A stretch of 64,000 bases of DNA from IMG/VR virus record IMGVR_UViG_3300045988_071280. One strand, written 5' to 3'. This DNA comes from a virus. Below, piece after piece: positions 26,731-35,719 of this stretch. The notes below the pieces were generated by a model that ran no database searches, was not told the DNA's origin, and saw only the letters and a list, made by a program, of their open reading frames with translations. Position 1 is the stretch's first letter; every line of letters begins with the position of its first letter. Position numbers and translations under genes: made by a program.

Positions 26731-27693
26731 ATGAAAGATTTTAAACACTTTGGAGTTAGGTTTAAAGGTATAAGTAGTTGTAATTATACCGCAATATGGA
26801 GTAATTTAATTACAATACGTCTTGGAGATAAAGAGATTAAAGAACTTCCAGCAGATAAAGCTGAGTTCTACGATGTTTCATTAGGGAATAAGTGTGTTAC
26901 TGGAAAATGTCCGTGGTGTTATGTTGATTCTAACCCAAATGGGGAATATTATACTAATGTATGTGATACATGGAAGAAGTTTATCGCTACATTTGCTCCA
27001 GATAAGAAAGAAAAGAATATCACTATCACAGAAAAACCCTTTCAAATAGCGATTGGATCTGAAGGCTCTGCGGACGAGTCTCCAGAGTTCTGCGATTTCT
27101 TAGAAACTGTATATAATACCGGAGTAGTTCCTAATTATACTACTAATGGAGTAATTTTATCTTATTATGATAAGCCTGGAACAGAATATTATGACTTAGC
27201 GAATAAAATCCTTAAATATACTCACGATTATGTAGCAGGAGTTGCCGTCTCGTTCGGAAACAAATCTCTCCGATCTTATGCAGAAAATGCTATAAAAGGA
27301 TTATTAGAAAAAGGAGATTGTCATATTAATATTCATCATATAATATCTGATAAAGCCTCTGTACAAGACTTTATAGATAGTTGGTATAATTACTCAGACG
27401 ATATAAAATATCATGTCCTATTGCCTCTAATGCCCTCTGGAAGATCTACTAAAGGACTGGAACCCGGAGTATGGGAAATTTTAGAAAAAGCGATTAAAGA
27501 TTTAAATATTACAAATGTTGCCTTTGGAGCTCATTTTTATAAATATCTAACAAATTCATCAATTAAAACTTGGGTATATCCTCCAGAAAGCTTGAGCAAA
27601 AATATGATTCTTAAAAATGGGAAAGTTATTATTACTCCAAGCTCTTTTAACTTAACTCCAATAAAAATATTAAATTTCGATGAGAAAATATAA
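26731..27693 (+). CDS. radical SAM-like enzyme (non-canonical CX4CX2C cluster motif)
   Basis: DVSLGNKCVTGKCPWCY (three Cys followed by an aromatic residue), IAIGSEGSADESPEF (GGEP-like), TTNG, VSFG. The ~320 aa size fits a partial TIM barrel. Confidence 0.55.
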   Translation: MKDFKHFGVRFKGISSCNYTAIWSNLITIRLGDKEIKELPADKAEFYDVSLGNKCVTGKCPWCYVDSNPNGEYYTNVCDTWKKFIATFAPDKKEKNITITEKPFQIAIGSEGSADESPEFCDFLETVYNTGVVPNYTTNGVILSYYDKPGTEYYDLANKILKYTHDYVAGVAVSFGNKSLRSYAENAIKGLLEKGDCHINIHHIISDKASVQDFIDSWYNYSDDIKYHVLLPLMPSGRSTKGLEPGVWEILEKAIKDLNITNVAFGAHFYKYLTNSSIKTWVYPPESLSKNMILKNGKVIITPSSFNLTPIKILNFDEKI

Positions 27694-28048
27694 AAGGAAA
27701 AAGAACAGGTATAGACCAAATAAGGTTTATCCTGTTAATGATATGCTGATAATGATGGTGAATGAGGAATTAAGACCTTACAATAAAACAATAGATGATA
27801 TAAGGGACATTAAAGAATGGTATAATTTATATACTTTTAACACTAAATCTCAAGAAAAAGTTTGGAGAGATTATTGTAATAAATTAATTCGCAAACATTT
27901 ATATCCTTGGTATATAGATAAAAAACATGCGAAAAAAGAGGTTAGTTGGGTAGCACTACAAGTTGGATTATATTCGGAATATTTAAAACATGAAAATTAT
28001 AGTAATAGGAGACCTTCATGGAAGAGATTGGTGGAAGAGGAAAGTTGA
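27680..28048 (+). CDS. basic hypothetical protein
   Basis: ORF track. Its 59-nt overlap with the next gene may be another homopolymer artefact. Confidence 0.5.
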   Translation: MRKYKRKKNRYRPNKVYPVNDMLIMMVNEELRPYNKTIDDIRDIKEWYNLYTFNTKSQEKVWRDYCNKLIRKHLYPWYIDKKHAKKEVSWVALQVGLYSEYLKHENYSNRRPSWKRLVEEES

Positions 28049-28784
28049 AACTGGAGATTCTGATTTAAATATTTTCTTAGGAGATTACGTTGATTCTTAT
28101 ACTGTTTCTGATAAACAAATAATAAATAATTTATTAGATATAATTGAATTTAAGAAAAGTTATGAGGATAAAGTAATATTATTATTAGGAAATCATGAAT
28201 ATAATTACATTTCTCCTTATATAGGTTATTGTTCTGGATATAGATATAGTATATCTAATAAACTCCAAGATATTTACAGAACCAATCTGCACTTATTTAA
28301 ATTAAATTACAATATCAAGATATATAATCCTGAAACAGAAAAGGTAGATAGAACTTACTGGTTTTCTCATGCCGGAATTACAAGTAAATGGTTATCTTTT
28401 TATGGACAAATATTTAATAATATTGAGAGTGAAAAAGATATAGTTTCTGATCGTTTATATTATCCCAATCTCTGTGAAAAGATAAATTTATCCATAGATT
28501 CTTATAGATATTTATCTCAAGTACTGTCTATATCTATGCATAGAGGTGGTAGTAATTTCTATGGAGGGCCGTTATGGGCAGATATGTTAGAATCTAAAAG
28601 AGATTTTCTTAAGTACGATCCAGAAATTCCTTTATATGAAGCTCCCATAATACAATACGTAGGACATACTCCAGTGAATCCAGAAGAACAAACAGTTTTC
28701 AGAGATAAAGACTCAAGAAGTGAAATTCATTATTGTGATTTTGGAAATAGTGCAGAATATAATGATATTATAATTGAAGTATGA
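27990..28784 (+). CDS. calcineurin-like Ser/Thr phosphatase (lambda-PP/ApaH type)
   Basis: MKIIVIGDLHGR, FLGDYVDS, LLGNHE, SHAG and VGHTP are the canonical metallophosphoesterase motifs in order. Confidence 0.85.
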   Translation: MKIIVIGDLHGRDWWKRKVETGDSDLNIFLGDYVDSYTVSDKQIINNLLDIIEFKKSYEDKVILLLGNHEYNYISPYIGYCSGYRYSISNKLQDIYRTNLHLFKLNYNIKIYNPETEKVDRTYWFSHAGITSKWLSFYGQIFNNIESEKDIVSDRLYYPNLCEKINLSIDSYRYLSQVLSISMHRGGSNFYGGPLWADMLESKRDFLKYDPEIPLYEAPIIQYVGHTPVNPEEQTVFRDKDSRSEIHYCDFGNSAEYNDIIIEV

Positions 28785-28811
28785 AGAATATTTATGTAAA
28801 TAAAAATAATT

Positions 28812-29282
28812 ATGAAAACAGTAACTATTGAAATTCCTGATGATTCAGAACTTATAAAAGAAGAAAATATCTATAAAATTTGTCGGGTAATACCTAAAAC
28901 TTGGGAAGAATTTTGTAATAGAACACCTATTAGACAGGAGTATTTTATAGGTTGTGATTCAAAAATAAATTTAAGAGAGAATAAAGGCAGAACTCCTTAT
29001 GGGGATAGAAATTTACATGCATCAGAAGTAGAAGCAGAAGCCACATTAGCTCTTATTCAACTGATAAGGTTACGAAAAGCTTGGATAGGTGAATGGGATC
29101 CAGAGAAAACATGCGCGAATATTTATTATATCCAAAGTACGATAGATGGAGAATTAACAGTATCATTTATATCACGTTATGTATACTGTCATACTCTTAC
29201 GTTCCCATCTAAAAGTATGGCAACGCAATTTATGGAATGCTTTAGAGATTTATTAAATATAGCCAATAGATTTTTAGCATGA
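28812..29282 (+). CDS. hypothetical protein (paralog of 20730-21202)
   Basis: Shared IPDDSELIKEEN...KTWEEFC...EAEATLALIQLIRLRK. Confidence 0.6.
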   Translation: MKTVTIEIPDDSELIKEENIYKICRVIPKTWEEFCNRTPIRQEYFIGCDSKINLRENKGRTPYGDRNLHASEVEAEATLALIQLIRLRKAWIGEWDPEKTCANIYYIQSTIDGELTVSFISRYVYCHTLTFPSKSMATQFMECFRDLLNIANRFLA

Positions 29283-29707
29283 GAGATCAGGTTTTATCAA
29301 TAGATCAAATGAAACATCTAAAAGACTTAGATATTGATACTAGCGAAGCTACTTTATATTGGACACGTCATTGTCATGGATGTAAAATTGACGACGATTC
29401 TACAGGAGAGTGGTTTCTTAGTCTACAGAAAGAGTTTCAGGTAATTGGATTTATGTCTTATGAAGTGATTCCAACTTTTACCCTCCAAGATTTATTGAAT
29501 GTTATCCCTCCCAGAGTATCCTCTGGATCAAATGAAGTATTTTCTCTTAGAATAGAAAGATGTATAGATGAGTGGGGAGTATACTACAGGACTATTGAGG
29601 ATAGTGACGGAAGTAAACTTTTCGCTCCAATTTATGGGGATACGTTACTAGAAGCCGCCTATGAAATGCTTTGTTATCTTGCTGAAAATAATTTACTTAA
29701 AAAATAG
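29279..29707 (+). CDS. hypothetical protein (paralog of 21987-22397)
   Basis: ORF track plus paralogy. Confidence 0.6.
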   Translation: MRDQVLSIDQMKHLKDLDIDTSEATLYWTRHCHGCKIDDDSTGEWFLSLQKEFQVIGFMSYEVIPTFTLQDLLNVIPPRVSSGSNEVFSLRIERCIDEWGVYYRTIEDSDGSKLFAPIYGDTLLEAAYEMLCYLAENNLLKK

Positions 29708-29816
29708 AAATTATGACGAATAAGGACTAATAATATGGGATATATTGAAGGCTATATAAAAAGGAGACTATGATATAAGAATTTGAATAATTAAAGAAAC
29801 ACTAAATATAACTGAC

Positions 29817-30616
29817 ATGAAAAAGAAAGCAAACCAGTTAAAGCCTATAAAGGATTTAACAAGCACATGCAATGTACTCCCAACGGAAAAATTTTCCAGT
29901 ATGAAATTGGTAAGGAATATAAAGAAGATGAGGCTGATTTATGTCGTTGCGGTTTTCATGCTTGCGAGAACCCTCTTGACGTTCTGAGTTATTATAATAA
30001 CATTGATGACAAATTCTGCGAAGTAGAATTAGATAAAATTGATCCGAATAGAAATAAAGATTCGAAAATATGTGGAAAGAAAATAAAGATTGGTGTTGAA
30101 ATAGGATTCTTAGGCTTATTTAAAGCGGGTATCGAATGGATTAAGAACAAAACAATCTTTACACAAGAAGATTTTGAAAAATTATCTTCCGGTAATGATG
30201 CTAAAATCGGCTCTTCCGGTTATGGCGCTCAGATCGGCTCCTCCGGTGATGGCGCTAAGATCGGTTCTTCCGGTAATAATGCTAAGATTGGCTCTTCCGG
30301 TTATGGCGCTCAGATCGGCTCTTCTGGTGATTATGCTCAGATCGGCTCCTCCGGTGATGGCGCTAAGATCGGTTCTTCCGGTGATAATGCTAAGATTGGC
30401 TCTTCTGGTAATAATTGTGTCATAATGTGCGCTGGTATTAATTCATCAGCTAAAGCAAAAATAGGGTCATGGATTACTCTTGTAGAATGGAAGTATTCAA
30501 TGGAAAAACAAAGATATATCCCATTTTCAGTTGTAACGAAACAAGTAGATGGAATTGAGATAAAAGAAGATGTGTACTATACCTTACAAGATGGTAAATT
30601 TAAAGAATTAGAATAA
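29817..30616 (+). CDS. repeat protein: conserved N-domain (GFHACENPLDVLSYY) plus 9 x (GSSGxxAxI) solenoid-like repeats
   Basis: The ORF track starts at 29867. An upstream in-frame stretch reads AYKGFNKH, and an ATG at 29817 sits one A-run frameshift away (ttaaagcc versus ttaaaagcc). I recall the N-domain as a DUF7666-like family, but this is unverified. Confidence 0.6.
30185..30427 (+). repeat. 9 tandem copies of a 27-bp in-frame repeat
   Basis: The unit is ggctcttccggtNatNNNgctMagatc and the period is exactly 27 nt. It is locally GC-richer than the genome. Copies also form a higher-order ~81-nt pattern. Confidence 0.9.
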
Positions 30617-30671
30617 ATGGAAAATTTTGTCTGATAAAATGCTATAAATATTAATACTTAAAGATGAGAAA

Positions 30672-30809
30672 ATGACTAGTATAAATCTATGTAGATGTCC
30701 TTATTGTGGATCCTACCATTATGAAGTAGGGTATTTTACATCTGGAGCTAACTGTAGATGTTGTGATTGTGGAAGTATGTTTTGGTATAATTTTAGTTTG
30801 AATACTTAA
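30672..30809 (+). CDS. small zinc-ribbon protein (45 aa)
   Basis: MTSINLCRCPYCGSYHYEVGYFTSGANCRCCDCGSMFWYNFSLNT*. Preferred over the antisense ORF 30687-30902. Confidence 0.45.
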   Translation: MTSINLCRCPYCGSYHYEVGYFTSGANCRCCDCGSMFWYNFSLNT

Positions 30810-30819
30810 GTAAAAAGTT

Positions 30820-31020
30820 ATGACACAGGAAGATAGAGATATTAGAATATCATCAGCACTTGCAATTCTATTGTTATCTATTTTCTTAGGAATGTTAATC
30901 AATACTATAATTACACCTACTATAGAAGATTATATTCATGGTAAAGTGAGAGTAGAAATAAACCAAGTCTATGAGAATGGAGAAGTTGTAAGATGTGATA
31001 CTAACTATTATAAATTATAA
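30820..31020 (+). CDS. small TM protein
   Basis: ORF track; hydrophobic segment ALAILLLSIFLGMLINTII. Confidence 0.5.
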   Translation: MTQEDRDIRISSALAILLLSIFLGMLINTIITPTIEDYIHGKVRVEINQVYENGEVVRCDTNYYKL

Positions 31021-31023
31021 GTT

Positions 31024-31215
31024 ATGGCATGGGTAGTAAATAAAAATGGAACTGAAATAGTTTTTTCTAATAAACCATCAAAAGGGTTTATGTTTTGGTT
31101 TAATCTAGAATCTCCTAATAATAGAGTAATATCTATACCTAAAGAATCTATTAAGAAACCTATCGATAGAAACTTATCTTGGGAGGATAACCCAGTTGAA
31201 TTAAAGGAGGAATAA
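31024..31215 (+). CDS. hypothetical protein
   Basis: ORF track. Confidence 0.5.
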   Translation: MAWVVNKNGTEIVFSNKPSKGFMFWFNLESPNNRVISIPKESIKKPIDRNLSWEDNPVELKEE

Positions 31216-31218
31216 ACT

Positions 31219-31386
31219 ATGTGGATAGCAAGGGATGAGGATGGTTTATTACACATATTTGAGAATAAACCTATTAAAACTTTATATGTGTGGTATGCTC
31301 CATGTGGCGGTACTTCACTTCCGTCCTATCTTTTCCACGAAATCAAATGGTCTGACGAAGAGCCGCGAGAATTAGTATTAAAATAA
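31219..31386 (+). CDS. MWIAR-family small protein (55 aa)
   Basis: MWIARDEDGLLHIFENKPIK...EIKWSDEEPRELVLK*. Preceded by aaggagg 8 nt upstream. Confidence 0.5.
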   Translation: MWIARDEDGLLHIFENKPIKTLYVWYAPCGGTSLPSYLFHEIKWSDEEPRELVLK

Positions 31387-31401
31387 AGAAAATAATATAA
31401 T

Positions 31402-32141
31402 ATGGAACGCAAGATAGGAGAAATATTTGAACACGACGGTGAGTGGTATCAATGCATTGAAAAATAGGTTGTGATAGTTGTGCGTTTAATACAATTAAAT
31501 GTTATAAAATAAACGATATAGTCGGAAACTGTATAATTAGATTAAGACATGATAATAAATCAGTTGTCTTCAAGAAACTTAAAAAGGTGGGAGAGCCTTA
31601 TCAATATATGAATGGAATATATCAGGAATATAAAGCTACACTACCATTCTTCATTAGAGATGCTACTTATTCTGAAACAGTAAATGGATTTGCAATTAAA
31701 ATTAAACAAAACAAAGAAGATATGGAAGAAGAAAGAGAATATTCAGAAGAGGAATTTAAAAATAATCCTCGTTTTAAACATCATAAACTCATTGAGCAAG
31801 TCAGTAACATGAAAAAGTTGAAACCTTTTAATTTAGAACAAGCCAAAGCAGGTAAGCCCGTATGCATAAGGAACGGACAAGAAGTAAGAATTATTTGCTT
31901 TGATGCTAAATTAAAGAATTATCCTATAGTAGCTTTAGTTAAAGAAAAAGGTTCCACACAGGAATATTTACATACTTATACCAATGAAGGCAGAATTTAC
32001 TATAAGAATCCTACGCATAGCTTAGATCTTGTAATGCCTTTAAAAAAGAAAACAGGATGGGTTAATATATTTATAAATGGCGAATATATATACAACAGAG
32101 CAAAGTGCCAAAGTAAATGCGATAATAAACAAAGCTGTTGA
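31402..32141 (+). CDS. hypothetical Cys-rich protein with a frameshift in an A5 run (31460-31464)
   Basis: MERKIGEIFEHDGEWYQCIEK stops at TAG. Adding one A gives ...IEKIGCDSCAFNTIKCYKINDIVGNC...KKVGEPYQ, continuous with track ORF 31587-32141. Confidence 0.55.
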
Positions 32142-32178
32142 TACTATTCAGATAGAGTGGTATGAATAAATAAAGATT

Positions 32179-32877
32179 ATGAGTGAGTTTAAAGATCGAT
32201 TATTAAAGCAATTAGAGACAGACTATTCAGAAAATGCCAGAGACTGTCTTAAAATATATGAAGCTATTGAAAAGTTAAATGGAGGGAGTGTCCCTAGTGA
32301 TCAATGGATGGTATTATCCAGAGTTCAACATTTAGGAACCCATATAGATCCTATGAGAGTTTATTCCCCTTCTAAAATAGGTTATGTATTCCTAAAAGGA
32401 TTAGAAAGAAACGACGAGATGAAAACATTACTAATAACAGAAACAGAGGCTAGGATGATTTATTCAAGTATATCCGGAGAATTTAAGAAAAAGCTTGAAG
32501 ATATCTTCGGAATAGAAAGACTTACATTGAGTTTCCAGGACCTGGTGAAGACCTATGAGGATGCATGTGAAATCACGGGATCAGTTCCTGATATAGAATG
32601 TGATGATAGTTCAGAATTAGCACGCTTAAAACTAATACAGATTTATAAAGCTTGTAATATATTAAACAATAATTGGAAGCCTGGTATTTCTAAAAATGGT
32701 TTAGATATATATTACCCGTCTTTTATATGGGATAAAGGTAAATTTAAATATAAAGAAGTGGAACATGGTGCATACATTAACTATGATCCTAAATTATGTT
32801 GTGGCAAAAGAGAGGATGCTTTTTACATAGGAACTCGTTTTATTGACTTATATAGGGATTATTTATTACTAGAGTAA
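32179..32877 (+). CDS. hypothetical protein
   Basis: ORF track. Confidence 0.65.
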   Translation: MSEFKDRLLKQLETDYSENARDCLKIYEAIEKLNGGSVPSDQWMVLSRVQHLGTHIDPMRVYSPSKIGYVFLKGLERNDEMKTLLITETEARMIYSSISGEFKKKLEDIFGIERLTLSFQDLVKTYEDACEITGSVPDIECDDSSELARLKLIQIYKACNILNNNWKPGISKNGLDIYYPSFIWDKGKFKYKEVEHGAYINYDPKLCCGKREDAFYIGTRFIDLYRDYLLLE

Positions 32878-32878
32878 A

Positions 32879-33064
32879 ATGGAAATACAAGAAATAAAAA
32901 TTGATGGGATAACATATATAAGGAATAAATGTTCCCGGGTATGTAGTGATTGTGCTGTCAGGGATAAAGTGGATTGTACTATTCTCATTCAAAGTGAACA
33001 AGTTACGCTTTGTCATCTATTTGATGGATATGCACTTAAAGTAAAGGAGGAATATGAGAAATAA
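32879..33064 (+). CDS. small Cys-rich protein
   Basis: ORF track. Confidence 0.5.
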   Translation: MEIQEIKIDGITYIRNKCSRVCSDCAVRDKVDCTILIQSEQVTLCHLFDGYALKVKEEYEK

Positions 33065-33272
33065 TAAGGATCTTATTAAAATCAGTAAAGGTCATTATAC
33101 CTATAAGGGTATTCAGATAAACTGCATTGGGTATTATCCTCCGGAAAAAAGAGTAGTATGGGAAGCTGTAGACAAGAATGGCTGTGGTTTCGCCCACTCT
33201 TTTTCCTTAAGAAATACTATTAGGTTAATCGATGAAGATATTAAAATCAAAATTAAATTAAAGGAGGATTAA
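33054..33272 (+). CDS. hypothetical protein
   Basis: ORF track; aaggagg lies 3 nt upstream of the ATG. Confidence 0.55.
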   Translation: MRNNKDLIKISKGHYTYKGIQINCIGYYPPEKRVVWEAVDKNGCGFAHSFSLRNTIRLIDEDIKIKIKLKED

Positions 33273-33273
33273 T

Positions 33274-33606
33274 ATGTTTCCAATTAATTTTATAATAGCT
33301 TTTATAATAATTGTTTTATTTCTTATTTTTGTTGCTCAAGAACTTCGTGATAGAGATATTAATTTCTATAACAAATATAAAATTTTTGAGAACAAAAACG
33401 GACATTATGTTGTTAAATATGTAAAATATTATCTCTACGGATTTATTCCTATGTGGAGATGGCTTAAGAAGAAATGTCCTTTTAGCTTGGATGAAGAGGT
33501 TGTCGAATTTCAACATAAAGAATCAGCACATAATATTATGTTAGACTACTACGAATTGGCTCGCCATGATTATAATATAACTAAAATCAAAAATAAAACA
33601 CTTTAA
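33274..33606 (+). CDS. N-terminal TM protein
   Basis: ORF track; aaggagg lies 6 nt upstream of the ATG. Confidence 0.55.
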   Translation: MFPINFIIAFIIIVLFLIFVAQELRDRDINFYNKYKIFENKNGHYVVKYVKYYLYGFIPMWRWLKKKCPFSLDEEVVEFQHKESAHNIMLDYYELARHDYNITKIKNKTL

Positions 33607-33609
33607 TAA

Positions 33610-33852
33610 ATAACAGAAGAACAAATTAGAGATTATAAAATAGCATCACGAACAAAAATTGCTCTCTTAAACAAACACTCTATAGTTACGGAAAATTTAG
33701 AAATAAATGGTATATTTACTCCTGATATACTTGATAATTGTAGCAGTTTATCTTATAAGTGTTATACAATATATATAGAATTACAAAAAGAAGTTGATGA
33801 TACATTCAAAAAAGCTATTGAAAGAATCACCAATATTATATCTGAAATATAA
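33610..33852 (+). CDS. 80-codon ORF without ATG/GTG/TTG start, in frame behind TAA-TAA
   Basis: ITEEQIRDYKIASRTKIALLNKHSIVTENLEING...ERITNIISEI* has genome-typical composition. Its first sense codon is ATA. Confidence 0.3.
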   Translation: MTEEQIRDYKIASRTKIALLNKHSIVTENLEINGIFTPDILDNCSSLSYKCYTIYIELQKEVDDTFKKAIERITNIISEI

Positions 33853-33925
33853 ATATTTAATAAATTAATATCTATATATGAAGATATATTAGATTAAGTA
33901 AATAACTAAATTAATATTTAAAAAG

Positions 33926-34747
33926 ATGTTACCTATATTATATCTAATTAGATATATTCATAATGTTTGTATGAAATTTCTAAAAGAAGTAAACTTCGAT
34001 GAAGCTGTAGATATGTACATAGATGAACGTACTAGATCCAATTGTTTAATTGAAAGAATTAGACTAAATAATTTTCGGAATCTTTTAATGGAAGGTGTAG
34101 AAAACTCTACAGATTTAAAGATTTTTTCAAAAAATTGTATAAAGTTTCTTACTAAAGCTTTTAGTAGCTCTGATATAATAGAAGCTTTTACTCATTGTAA
34201 TGTAAATGGATCGTGGGAGGAATTTGAGTATAGTTATAGGATTTGGTATTCGAATATATTAGAACATAATGTTGTAAATCCTGATATATATAATCTTAAT
34301 TATATACTACAAGGAGGAGAGGGGCTTAAAAATTCCTGGAAAGATAATTCCTGTAATTTTAATCTACTGCTCACTTATATAAACAGATATAATCATGAAC
34401 CTTCTAATTATTATCCAAACGAACTAAAAATATCTATTCTAAAAGATGCTAAACGTATTATAAAATTAAAAAGTATATCAGGGTTATGTTTAGCTCTTAA
34501 GGCATCTTTTCAATGTCAACCAAAATTTTACTATCATAATGGTATAAAAGAAATACCAAATCTATCTACAGCATTACAATATTATTTTCCAGAGTTTAAT
34601 AAGGATAGATTTGCTCCGTATTGTACTGATTATAATGGTTACTGGTGGGATCCTGATGATAAAACTTCAAGAATAGATGTACTATCTATATTAATAGATA
34701 TATACGAAGAAGAATTAAATGATAAAAATCTTTATTATGTTGAATAA
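33926..34747 (+). CDS. hypothetical protein (probable start at 33971)
   Basis: ORF track. Confidence 0.6.
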   Translation: MLPILYLIRYIHNVCMKFLKEVNFDEAVDMYIDERTRSNCLIERIRLNNFRNLLMEGVENSTDLKIFSKNCIKFLTKAFSSSDIIEAFTHCNVNGSWEEFEYSYRIWYSNILEHNVVNPDIYNLNYILQGGEGLKNSWKDNSCNFNLLLTYINRYNHEPSNYYPNELKISILKDAKRIIKLKSISGLCLALKASFQCQPKFYYHNGIKEIPNLSTALQYYFPEFNKDRFAPYCTDYNGYWWDPDDKTSRIDVLSILIDIYEEELNDKNLYYVE

Positions 34748-34788
34748 GTTTTTATTAGAACGCATGAAGGAAAATAACTTATACTTTA

Positions 34789-34797
34789 GGGGGGGGG
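34789..34797. repeat. G9 homopolymer tract
   Basis: Nine consecutive G in an AT-rich genome; intergenic, 87 nt upstream of the tail-fibre-like remnant. Confidence 0.9.
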
Positions 34798-34883
34798 ATT
34801 TAAGTAAAAATATAAGATCTCAGCTATAGAATAATAAATATTATAACTAAATTTAATTATAAACTTTAAAATTTATTATATCT

Positions 34884-35249
34884 ATGGCAAAAGAATTTAT
34901 TACTGAGGACGATGTTAGTACTAGTTACATAACATCCTCAAAAGTTTATGAACTAATTAATGGTGTTAAGCCAAATTACACTACTGTAGGTTCTAATGGG
35001 TATATTACATTTCCGGCGGAATAACTTTTGAATAGGGAAATGTATCAGTAGCATCTGGATCACGAGAAGTAACTGTTAGTTTACCAAAATCCTTGTCCTA
35101 TGTATTTCAAGGGTATGTTAGTGTACAACATTCTGTTAATGAAGGAGCATATGTAGCATATGTAAGATCTATATCTACTACTACATTAAAATTATATAAA
35201 TATGGGTCGATGCAAATACACTTAGGTGGTTTGTTGTAGGAAAGGTTTA
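34884..35249 (+). pseudogene. disrupted small tail-fibre C-terminal-domain-like gene
   Basis: MAKEFITEDDV...GSNGYITFP / GGITFE*GNVSVASGSREVTVSLPKSLSYVFQGYVSV...LKLYKYG / VDANTLRWFVVGKV*. There are two G-run frameshifts and a TAG where the family has Trp (I-x-W-G). Confidence 0.5.
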
Positions 35250-35341
35250 AATATTTAATATTATTTAAATAAAACATACAAAACTAATTATTCTAATAAT
35301 CACTTAAATCTTTATTTATAAATGAAAGGATAAAATCTCTA

Positions 35342-35707
35342 GTGTATAATAAAAATATCTACACACATCCTACTCCTATAACAGCAAGAGTAGAAGTAGT
35401 TGAGAAAGAAGAAGGATTATACAGTACGTATATATTTAAAGATTTAGATCTAGAAAATGAATATTATATGATAACTAAATATCCAAATTGGAATCAAGGT
35501 CCTATAAATATCGGGGATATTGGATATGTTACTTATTATATAATAATCGCAGGAGTATCTAAATGGTATGTTAATTCTGGAGAAAATGTAAAAGAAGTAT
35601 ATACTCCATATAATTATACTCATTTAGCTCTTGTTAAATTTATTAAAGATAATTCTAATATAATTAAAAAAGATAAAGATAATAAACTTAAAATAAAAAT
35701 TATTTAA
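35342..35707 (+). CDS. hypothetical protein (GTG start in track)
   Basis: ORF track. Confidence 0.5.
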   Translation: MYNKNIYTHPTPITARVEVVEKEEGLYSTYIFKDLDLENEYYMITKYPNWNQGPINIGDIGYVTYYIIIAGVSKWYVNSGENVKEVYTPYNYTHLALVKFIKDNSNIIKKDKDNKLKIKII

Positions 35708-35719
35708 ACACATAAAGTT

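Noticed and set aside
30174-30425. ORF 30174-30425 (alternative frame through the 27-bp repeats; MALRSA.. repeats).
   Set aside because: It is an out-of-frame reading of the tandem repeat inside the longer ORF. The main frame has a conserved N-domain and C-domain. A repeat automatically keeps any stop-free frame open.
30185-30427. CRISPR array, because of the regular 27-bp periodicity.
   Set aside because: The repeats are contiguous with no spacers, lie in frame inside a protein-coding gene, and have no cas genes nearby.
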